Shown here: positions 34,741 through 46,200 of the stretch, in pieces | Layout of the letters: every line of letters begins with the position of its first letter | Position numbering within the stretch: position 1 is the first letter of the stretch | Assembly: GCA_015680685.1 (NCBI GenBank) | Contig: MNCI01003248.1 | Span: 1-64,000, forward strand | Direction: 5' to 3' | Origin: Gnetum montanum | Taxonomy: Eukaryota; Plantae; Gnetophyta | DNA: 64,000 bases | Program-made: the position numbers and the translations under genes | The notes under the pieces: model-generated | Seen by the model: the letters and a program-made list of their open reading frames with translations, nothing else | Databases searched by the model: none | Told to the model about the DNA's origin: nothing

Positions 34741-37107
34741 TGTATGTGAATTTATATGTGACTTTTTATAATTACTTATTTCGAAGAGATATATTGTTAA
34801 GTCCTATATAGCGACCTTGTATGATATAACAATCTAGATAACTAGCACCATTCCCGGCAACGGCACCAATGATGAGTGGCAAGGTACCCCTACACTCAAC
34901 CATACGAATATGAGTGTTCTCACACACAATCCGATCAAACTCAGTAGACAGACTAGTTGTGGCGCCTAGATCATTAACCTTAGGTCGCAGTTCGTCGTCT
35001 TCCCACCTGGACTAGTATTATATTTGTCACGTATGGTTTAGTCTCGAGTGAGGTGTATGATATGTTTCCTAATCTAATGCTACTCCTGAAGGCAATAGAA
35101 AGAGTATATTAACTAAGCTAAGCTAGGGGAGAAAGGGTAAGAGAGTCTAATCTAGCCTAAGTGCGATGAGCATCCATTCCTTGATCATCCGTATACATCT
35201 TGGACTTCGTGCATGACTACTACTAAGATTACCAAGCGTAGATCCTAGGTACGTAACTAGGTTACCAAGTAGTCACACTTAAATGCTCATAATCAAGTCG
35301 TACTCATTCCACGTTCTAAGAGTTTAAGGGAGAGAGAGAGTATTAACTATGAAAGCAGTAAATAACAATTAAATAAATAAATAACAAAGTGAATGCTACA
35401 ATGATGACTTAATCTCGATCTTTATTGCCAGTCATGTGCGTGTCCAAGTACATCACACTCAAATAAAGGATATCGTACGATTACGTTCACCACACTGTGG
35501 GTAGACACAGGAAAATAATCTATCGCTGGAGGGATCAAACTGCCAGAGTTTCGCTACAATCTAACCTAATGATGTCAAATAAGGGAGAGCCGCTTCTTAT
35601 TTATAGACATTACAGTGTAGGGCAAGACGCGATATCGTGGCGAACACGATATCGCAGGGGATGGGATATCGCGGCGAACACGATATCACGGCCCATGCGA
35701 TATCGCGTCCCATCAGATACCTTTACAAAATGGCTTTTTCTTAGGAAATGCTTATTGTAGCCTTAGCTAGAGGAGAGTTTCAATAATGTTAGAACTCTCT
35801 AAATGTTGAAACAACCATTTTTCCACTAGAGTAAGTCCTTATTTGAAAGAATTTAAAATACATGAACCAGCCTTTTTCTTAGGGAAGTGAAAATTTTTTG
35901 AGAATTTTTAGAAGATCATATGAAATCTTGAAATAATTGTTCCAACTTTTGATAAGCAGCTTGAGAGGAAGCCCAACACGAAGAACAATACACATGAGTA
36001 GATGCACAAATAGATTTGCAAACTACATACTTGCATACAAGAGTGACAGGTTTTGTCTTTCACTTATTAGTTTTCTTTTGAATTCAAGACATCACTGTAT
36101 CTTAGAGAGTCAATGTATATCCTTTAAAACAAAAGGAAATTCCCAAAATCTTAATGATACCTTGATCCTAGATTAGTTTCCAATTTTTATCCTACAAATA
36201 ATAGTAATTATTTTTAGAACCATAATTAAAGGATCTAGTCCAATTAATGGTAGAGCCAGAAATAGAGCAATATCAATCCATCCAAAATAAGAGGCAATGT
36301 AGATTAGTAGGTGTATTTTAAATAAGGAAAAAGGAGTCATTGATGAAATGTATATTAAGAAGCTAATATTGAGGAGTAGAAAGAAGAATCTAGGGATACA
36401 TATAATTCTCTCATTTTAATTTTGTATGTTAGAACTTGAAAGAAGTGAAACATAGATACACCCCAAGATTTATNCTTTCAAGTTCTAACATACAAAATTA
36501 AAATGAGAGAATTATATGTATNGTCTAACACCTCATTATTCTAGTTTAATTTTGACATCCTCTATCCCCAAACTATATGACTTCTTATATATAAATTTGA
36601 GATATTAAGAGAAGGGATGTTAATTCTTGAAACTTTTTTAGTCTTTTAGGGGGGTTGTTGGAACCCCAAAATAATTATAATATAGATATATCCTAAAATA
36701 TATAGTCCAATTAGAACATTTTTTTGTTGACTATATGTAAACCTAAGACATATAGCCAACACAAAACTTTCATAGGACTTATGTAGAACAACTGTATGTT
36801 TGCTTAGTTAGAATTTAAACTCTACCATATCATTCTTACAATCTTGTGTTTATGTCATAGGTTTTAGAAGGTCAACAATTGTTAAGATGTAAAGTTGTAT
36901 CAAACAAACAATAAAAGCTTAGCTTACTTAGTCATATATTCATTAAGTGAAAGAGGAAATCAAATAATTAACTATAGAAAAGCAATATATTATTTTTTCT
37001 TTTTATGAAAAATTGTTGAAGTTCTTCTACATATGAAGTATGTCATGGGATGTATCATGTTAGCTATATGCCATTAGAGGTGTTAAAACATAAAACTCTT
37101 TGAGTAT

Positions 37108-38001
37108 TGATGAGCGGTGGAGCAATCCAACATCCAACCATACATGTTACAAGTACTCATGCACAACCCAATCATAATCTGTAGATAGACAATGTTGATA
37201 TGCCAGTAGTTGATTTAGGTTCATGACCGTTGTCTTCCCACTTAAGCTAGTAAAGTCTAAGTGTATGGTTTAGCTTGTGTTGAGGCATAAGAGAAGTGAT
37301 GTTGATTGGTCCTTATGGCTCCTAAGTGTAAACATCATGGAAGTAGAATTGAACTCTCAGTCTAACTAATAACAGAAACGTAAGTCTAGTTTAGCCTAGT
37401 GCAATGGATAACTATTCCTAATTTTTTGAACACATCTTGGGCTTATGTAATCACCACCGGGATTACCAAGTATTATGCTGCAAAGCAAACCAAGCGATAA
37501 TACTATCGGGATTACCATATGATCACACTTAACACTTGAAATTAGTAGTATCCATTCCACATACTATCAACAAGTAAAAATAAGGTACTTTGGAAAGTAA
37601 AGTATTATGCTAGTAAAGCAATAAACATTAAGCTAAGTAAGCACTAAACATTATGCTAAGTAAAAATAATAAACTAAGAATGCTACAATGGTGGGAAATA
37701 GCTCGATCTTTATTTTTGTTCACAACTTGTGCCCAAATACAAACTATTCAAACAAAGATTCCATTCACTATGACATACCACATTTTGGGCATTCACTTTC
37801 ACTAACTCTAAGCTAGAAAATAAAATTTCAAGAGTCTAGTTACTATGGGAATGAAAGTTATGTGGATTGTGTGCCCAAGTGTCATATTTATAGGGGTACA
37901 CATCCCAAGATATTGTATCAACGATGACGTAGCATGCACTATGATTTCGTGTTAATGAAATCGTCAATCCAATATCGTTGTTACAATATTGTAATGCATC
38001 A
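37108..38001 (-). mobile_element. Old, diverged solo LTR of the same superfamily
   Basis: TGATGAGCGG at 37108; shared blocks (gtcttccca..gtatggtttag, cacatcttgg, gatctttatt); CATCA at 37997-38001. No matching TSD, so the right end is uncertain. Confidence 0.6.
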
Positions 38002-39345
38002 AAATTTGGATTTACCATGTATATATGTACCCCTAGAACATACTGTCAGTATAATACTTTGGTAGAACTCAAGTAGAATATGATCTCTTAAGTGTGACTT
38101 AAACTAGGAACTTTTTTCTCATAAATACTTACTAAATAATAAGATAACGAATTGACTCATCTCTCATTTGCATATTTTGGTAGCACATAGTTAGAACATA
38201 TGCAAAATATTTACAAATTAAAGTTACATTGGCTTGTAATAAAAGTGAGTGGAGAAAACTAACTCATATAGTTGACCCCATGTCGATAGGATAAAGTTAG
38301 GATGGTGCTAATTATGAGTTGATGTCTGATAATTGGCGAGGGTGTTGGAGCTACAACTAGATGACTACATGTACTTCCTAAATATATAATTAATGAGTCA
38401 CGATATCGAACCCCCAATATTGAATCCCTGATATCAGACCCTTGATATCAGATATGTGATATCAGAGGTACCAAAGTGATATCGGACATGCGATGTCGAA
38501 GCCTATCTTGTTGCCTATAAATAAGAGACAGAGAGACTTGGTTTGGTATTAGTTTTCTAGTCCCTTAGCCAAACTCTTGCATTTTTTCCCTTCCAAAGTT
38601 AGAATTATTTCTAAGTGCCCGTAGTAGGAGTCATAGAGTGAACAAATCTTTATTCGAGCATTGTGTACCTAAGCATACTTTGTGACTGGAAATAAAGACG
38701 AACTTTATGATAAACCTTGTAACATTTAGAATAGCTTAATTATTGCATTTCATGTTATTTACTATTATTCGATGCTTTCAATAGTTAATCAATGTTATTT
38801 CTATTGAATTGTTAATTATCAACGAATTAGCACACTTAGCACAACCACTTCAAGCATACATGGAACACTTGGTAACCCCAGTAGTGTTACACTGGTTTAA
38901 GATGTGTCTAGAGAGCGGGAATGGATGTTGGTGTTAGGATTAGTTAGAGAATAGTTAATTAGTTAAAGTAACTTAATTATTAAATTACTTTATTTCTCTC
39001 TTTTAAGCATAAAACAATAAAAATCACATACCTTGAGTTTACTTAACCATACCATTGTGCCTTACAAGTAAGCTTGGGAAGACAATGATCACATAAATCA
39101 TCCTTATTCTATGTAAGTGCATAAGCACTTAATCCTTGGAGTTCGACTGAATCACGCATGAATGCTTGTATTCGTCTGGTTGGGTGTAGGGGTACCTCGC
39201 CGCTCATCATTAGTGCTATTGTTGGGGACTTTATTATTTGTGCACTGATTAGAACTTAGGAAATCCTTCCATCGTTGAAACAAATCCTTAGGGTTAATTA
39301 TCCTAAAATCATTGAAAAAGAGTATTGCATACTAAATAATCAATC

Positions 39346-42300
39346 ATGTCTCCTTCTTCTTATGAGAGTTGATGAGACGCGGTCTGCGTCGGCCGCGATA
39401 TCGCATACGCGATATCACAGTCAGCCGTCATTTCTATAAATAAGAGGCGGCTCTCTCTTATTCCACATCCCAGTTTTAGTGTAGCGAAGCTCTGGCAGTT
39501 TGATCCCTCCAGAGTTAGAATTTTTCCCATGTCTGCCCGCAGTGTGGTGAATGTGATTGTACGGTGTCTTTATTCGAGTGTGTCGTACTTGGACACGCAC
39601 ATGACCGGCAATAAAGATCGAGATTGCTTCATCATTGCAGCATTCACTTAGTTTATTTATTTGTTATTTATTTAATGTTATTTATTGCTTTCATAGCGTG
39701 GTGTAAGTACGACTTGACTACGAGCATCGACGGGTGTGTACGGCTAGTTAAGGAATCGGTTGCTCATCGCACTTAGGCTAGATTAGATTTTCTTACTCTT
39801 TCCCTCATAGCTTAGCTTAGTTAGTATTATTTTCCACTGCCTTCAGGAGTAGCATTAGGTTAGGAACACATCATACACCTCATCTAGACTAAACCATACG
39901 TGACATATGCAAAACTAGTCTAGATGGGAAGATAGCGAACTGCGACCTAAGGCTAACTATCTAAATACCACAACTAGTCCATCTGCGGAGTTCGACCGGA
40001 TCGCGCGTGCGACGCTCGTTTCGTATGGTTGAGTGTAGGGGTACCTCGCCACTCATCAAGAGTGCTTCACCGCCTAGGTCTGACACCATGAACAATCGGA
40101 GGCAGAGTGCACAAGATAATCTACCAGTACCCCAATAGTTTCGCTTGGTATATGCTCATCCCAATGAGTATATACCAAACTTTACCTTTATCCTCCACTA
40201 GGATGAACAGTTGCAATGGTGTGATTTAGAAGCTAACATAGTGTTACTTCCTGATCACTCAATCCCAAGCACGCTTCTTCATGCTCTCACACGAATTGGT
40301 ATGTAGCACTTACAGTCAGAGTACATTGTGCATGAGCAAGATTCGAGAGATTATCAACCCATAGAGGCACAACACCAGAGGGATTTGCAATAGGAGAGAC
40401 ATTACAAGTCCATGAAGGGAAAGTGGTCTCAGGATGTCCTGTATGTCCTAAGTGAAAACAATTGTGGTGAACCTGCCTCGAGAGGTTTTCCACAAAACAA
40501 TGTTCCTCTCGTTGACTTCAGTCAAGGAGTTGGGTATTAGAATCTTCTTTCAACTATTCATAACCCAAGATCTGGTACCAACAGACATAAAGGGTCTAAA
40601 AAAGGAACATGAACGCATGACAATAACAGACATTTTGATCGTAACTGTGACTAAGGTCGCAACGACCAAAGAGAAGGTGACAGGCGCCATCATGGTGCCA
40701 GTCCTCCTTCCTCTTCACCTTCATCATATCTTTCCCCCTCTCTTTCGGGATCTGAACGCAGTTGCAAAGGGCAAGACCATGAGGACAAGGGTAAATGAAA
40801 TAGAGATCATAGATAAAACAATCAAGAAAAGGGACGAGAGCAATCCAGAGAGATACATCATGAAAGAAGGGAGAGTAGGGAACAACATAGACATCATAGA
40901 CGCCATAGACAATATGATCACGATGAACCCCTACTCGCCACCAGAAGTATGTTAGATATAAATAGTAGGATTAAAAGACTAGACATGAATAACATCCCAC
41001 AATTTGAAGGAAGATACAATGCCAATCCTCAAAACCATCTACAATCATTCCATGACGCATGTGCCTTGAAAAATATAGAAAACGAGTGGAAAAAGCTAAA
41101 GTTGTTTCAACAGATACTAATCAAGGAAGCGAAAAGCTGGTACTGGTCCTTAGAACCAAAATCCATTTGTCGATGGAGTACCATGTTAGAACTATTCAAC
41201 GATAAGTATCAAATGTACTCTCGGGTGTCCAACCTACATAAGCAAATCTAAGGATAAAAACAAGAAGGGCACGAATCCTTGGATGCTACCATGGGCCAGT
41301 ATTATTCATTATTACATCGTTGTCCTAGCCATGATTACTAGCAGAAGGAACAACTACGTCATCTCATAGATGGGCTTAGGTATGAAACGTGAAGAACCCT
41401 TGGGAGTTATGCCGAAGGAAGGCTATCTGAGCTAAGAGCCCATCAAATACAAAGATTATTGGGCAACTTGCCAAGGAGAAAGACAAGTTGAGAAAAAGAG
41501 AAAGTGTAGAGGAATACAACAGAGATCCTTCCCTCCAAAAGAAGGAAATTAGATTTTGTGAAGATGAGGAAGAGTCACCACTTGAAGACATGGTGAATAG
41601 AAAGACTTTACCCATCCAAAAATTTGCATCAGAAGTATTGGCAAAGGTCAATCAAATGTGGAACTCCCTAGATGATAAATTTAAGACTGTTCTAAAAATA
41701 GTAGAGGATTTTAGAAAACCAAGTAGTGACTAAGAGAGGAGGAAAAAGAAAGAAGCTGAGTATACACATAACAAAGGTAAGGGCAAGGTTGCCATCATTG
41801 AAGAGGTTGTGGATTCAGACATGAACAATGATGACAAATGTGAGATTTGCCAATATGACCATCCTAAGGGATGTTGCCTAGTGGTGTCACATCTAAAAGA
41901 GTCTGGGGGATATACACTAAGCCCACAATTAAACAAATAGCAAACACCCAAAACATTACCTTATCCCCAAGGTAACCCAAGGTAGTTCCACCAACCCTTG
42001 ACATATTATCTAAGTGGAGCTCCACCACAATCGAATGAACAATATCAACGGTGGCAACACCCACAACTATGGGGAATTTCACCATCACGTCAACAATATC
42101 CTTACCATCAACCTGACCCATACGAGTATTATGTTTAGCAACGGATCTCTCCACGTGACTCCACTAATCACGTTGCTCTTCAACCTCACTGCTAGATTCA
42201 CGAGTACTATAGAACTCCTTCTCCTAGGAATGATGTTCCACATACGTACTATCCTTCTAATCGGACTGCACCTCTTCCATCCTTAGCTCCATTACCACCT

Positions 42301-45300
42301 GCTCCAACTATGGAGGGTGAGCTTCCTACCCAGCCGTAGCAACGTAACGCTACAAGGGCTATCAATCCTCAACCTACTATTGGTTCAGACAACCAATCAA
42401 AGAAAAGACCTTTCTTTAGAATCAACAATCCAACCAAATCCTTACAACCACAAGCAGCTAATTCTCCAAATGCCTCAACATCATTCGAATCTTTAGAGCT
42501 TCCTTTGAACTAAAAATTGTGCTCCATGCACATTGTCATGTTAACTCACATCATCACTGATTGGATTAAAGCTGGTCATCTTCCTAGGAAATTCTCTGAT
42601 CTTGGAAATCTTCTTATATATTTGCAAATCGCTAGGAATGAGCCTTGCAAAGCTCTTTTGGATTTAAGTTCTGGTGTTAACTTAATCTCTCAAGAAATGT
42701 ACAAAGCCTGGAACCTACCTCCGCTAACATTCATTTAGAGTTGGCCAACCAATCCATCATTATTCCATTAGGACTAGTGGAGGACACTATCACCACTATT
42801 TGTGGGTGGTCGTATCCAGTTGATTTCCTAGTGATCCAACTTAACAAATGTAAGGGGGACTTCCCAACCATAATGGGAAGAGCATGGCTGAGTACGATTG
42901 ATGCGCACCTAGGAATATGTGATCTTTCCTTCGAAATATCAAAAGAAAATACGTTTGGAAAGATCAAGAAGAAGAAAGTTCCCTGTATTGCATACAGTGA
43001 CACAGGGTGTAAATGTGTGTAGAAGTCCAATGCTTAACATTACCTGCATGCAACCAGTGTGCACAATTAACTAATGTACAAAGATGTCTGTATGCATCAG
43101 CCACAAGATAGGAAGGCACCTAGTGGCTAATAGCTGACCGAGAGAGGAATTCAACTTTATGCATGGAACCAACTAAGAGCTTGAATTATGCCTATATCGA
43201 TAGCATAGATACATTAGAGCAAGTCCATTGCCAACTTCTGAGTCCTAACATTGAAAATATCAATTGGGGGAAGTTGAAAATCCTTAAAGAGTTTAAGCAA
43301 GAGCCCCTTGAGTTAAAACCGTTACCCACCAATATGGAGTATACATTTCTCAAGAATAGAAAATCGGTAATCATTAACGCTAAGCTTGCTCCTCAACAAA
43401 AAGAAAGACTGTTGAAGATGATAAATAAATGATTGAAAGCCTTTGCTTAGTCATATCTTGAATTAACTAGAATAGATCCTAGGATATGTCAACATAGAAT
43501 CTACACTGGCCCCTCTATGAAGCCTCGACGATAACCACAAAGATGACTAAACCCAAAGCTTAATCAAGTAGTTAAAGAAAAAATTGAACAACTTCTAAAG
43601 GCCAGGTTCATCTACCCCATTGCTGATAGTGAATGGATTAGTCCATTAGTCATTGTGCCTAAAAAGGGAGGTAAATGGAGGGTGTGTATAGAATTTAGGC
43701 TATTGAACATGGCAACATTTAAAGACCATTTCCCATTGCCATTCATTGACCAAGTCTTAGATACCATTGTAGGGCATTACTATTATAGTTTTTTGGATGG
43801 TTATAATGGGCACAACCAAATTTCAAATAGCACCAGAAGACCAAGCCAAGACTACATTCATAAGTCCTTAGGGGACATTTGCATATAGGTAGATGTCGTT
43901 TGGCTTATGTAATGCCCCAGAAACATTTCAACATCTAGTTCTTAGTATATTTCAGTAGCAAATAGGGAATGGTATGGAGGTTTTTATGGATGATTTCTCC
44001 ACCTACGGAGTGGACTTTGAATAAGCATTGGACCAACTAGAGAAAGTACTAAAATGAGGTGTTGAAACCAACCTAAGGCTCAATTGGCAAAAAAGCCACT
44101 TAATGGTCCAAGAGGGCATTGTATTAGGGCATAAAATTTCATAAATAGGGATGGAGGTAGATCCTGAAAAAATTAAAGTCATCCAAGGAATCACTCGTCA
44201 GCTTGAAAAGATAAAAGACATATGAGCATTCCTTGGACATACAGGCTATTATAGATGCTTCATTGAGAACTTTTTGAAGGTCATAAAAATATTGGTAGAA
44301 TTAATACCAAAGGATGTACCCTTTGAATGTACCAAGGAATGTGAGCTAGCTTTCCAAACCTTGAAGTAGAAGCTAGTAGAAACACCCATTCTACAAGCTC
44401 CTGACTAGTCTAGACCGTTGCATATAATTATTGACGCATCCAATTTTGCTTTAGGAGCTATGCTTACATAGTTAAATGACCAAAAATGTCCCTATTACAT
44501 TCACTGTGCAATTCAAAGGATTGCTGGTGCACAACTCAACTACACCACAACAAAAAAAGAATTAATGGCTGTGGTGTTTGCACTAGAAAAATTTAGGCAC
44601 TATGTATTATGCTATAAAATATTTGTACACATGGATCATAGTGTAATTCAGTTCCTTATGAATAAACCAATGGTGAGCCCTCACATCATACGATGGCTCG
44701 TGATCTTGCAAGAGTTTGATCTTTTGATGATCGATCGTAAAGGCATCGAGAATGTTGTTGCCGATCATTTATCTCAGTTGCGTTGGGACAACAAAGAGGA
44801 CGAATACCCAATTTTTGATCGCTTCCCTGATGAACTCTTCTTTGCAAGTGTAATAAACAATCAATCACCCATAGATACAAATTGTTATAGTAGCATTCTT
44901 ACCTATCTTCTTACATAAGAAACACCACAAGGCCTAGACATTGAAAAGAAACAATGATTTCTCCACCAAGTCAGACATTTCATGGAAATTAAGGGACACC
45001 TTGACAAGGTATGTTCTGATGGCTTGGTTTGATGGTGTGTTCCTAATGTAGATCAATTGTGAATTCTCCAAGATGCTCATGAGGGCCCTTGTGGGGGTCA
45101 TTACATTGGGAGACGAACAGCCATTAAAATCTTGCTTGCAAGATATTATTGGCCTACATTATTTTGGGACACCCATCATTTTGTCCAATCTTGTGAGCAC
45201 TGCCAACGCGATGGGGGAGTGACTACTAGAATGGAGGGTCCACAACAATGGATTCAACCCTTAGAACCCTTCGACATATGGAGTATTAATTTTATGGGGC

Positions 45301-46200
45301 CTATTACACTAATGTCCAATGGAAAAGCATACATTGTTGTTATTGTTGACTATTTTACAAAGTGAGTAGAAGTAGTCACTGTTACTGACTATACATCATC
45401 TACCGCTGTAAGATTTGTTCAACAACAAATCGTAAACAAGTTTAGCATGCCTTATGCACTTATTTCTGATAATGATACACATTTTATAGGTGCGACTTTT
45501 CAGAAGTTGATGCAATGCTTAGGAGTTGAGCATAAACTGACTACACCATATCATCCTCAAGAAAATGGTCAAGCCGAAGTCACGAAAAGGGAAATCACAA
45601 AAATCTTGACACGAACCATTAGCAAATATAGGTGAGATTGGAGCACCAAACTAAATGATGATCTTTGGGCATATCACTCCACATGGAAACTCCCTATATG
45701 CTAATCTCCCTATGAGTTAGTGTACGGTAAACTTCCAATAGTTCCTATCCAAGCAAAGCTCCATACACTATCTACAGCATGTGACCTTCACCTTGACCTC
45801 AGTCTAGCACAAAAAGAATAGTTAATGAATCTTAACTTGCTAGATGAAAATCAATTAGTTGCCCTATCATCCAATGAGCTGCACAAGGCCTTCAACAAAC
45901 AAGGTCATGACCTGAAAATTAGAAAAGTCAAATACCAACCAAGAGATAGGGTTCTTTATTAGAATCCCACACATGTGCTACAAAGAACTAAATTTCAAAC
46001 GCTATGGGAAGGACCTTATATCATTCATGAAAATTTTCCTTCAGGGGCCATGATGATTTATAAACTTGGAACCCTGGATAAGAAATTATTAGTCAACATC
46101 TAGCAAACCAAACCTTTCCACAAGCCTAAAACAGCCAATACTAGCACTACCTCTATTAATGGACAGCCTTGCTCATTACTTTGGATCTCCTCCTTCTCAC
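39346..46200 (+). pseudogene. gag-pol: gag-pol polyprotein pseudogene
   Basis: gag HLQSFHDAC..AKSWY; AP KALLDLSSGVNL (~42650); RT WISPLVIVPKKGGKWRVC, FPLPFIDQVLD, MEVFMDDF (43974-43997); RNase H IDASNFALGA, NVVADHLS; INT H..GGH..CEHCQ, SDNDTHF, GQAE, WEGPY. Many in-frame stops. Confidence 0.92.
39370..40058 (+). mobile_element. Solo LTR nested in the start of gag, TSD AGAGT
   Basis: TGATGAGACGC..CCACTCATCA flanked by AGAGT (39365-39369, 40059-40063). Removing it restores MSPSSYESASPPRS, which matches the gag start at 889(-). Confidence 0.92.

Larger units (their letters stand above)
29525..35715 (-). mobile_element. Complete non-autonomous Athila-like LTR element (gag plus env-like remnant, no pol); 5' LTR 34870-35715, 3' LTR 29525-30075, TSD GATAC
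   Basis: GATAC at 29520-29524 and 35716-35720; TGATG..CATCA ends; PBS TGGTGCCGTTGCCGGGAA (34851-34868); PPT GTCGTGGGGGTA (30076-30087). Confidence 0.92.

Noticed and set aside
36396-36522. Perfect 47-bp inverted repeat (36396-36442 vs 36475-36521)
   Set aside because: The second arm is bounded exactly by single Ns (36474, 36522); most likely an inverted contig fragment from scaffolding.
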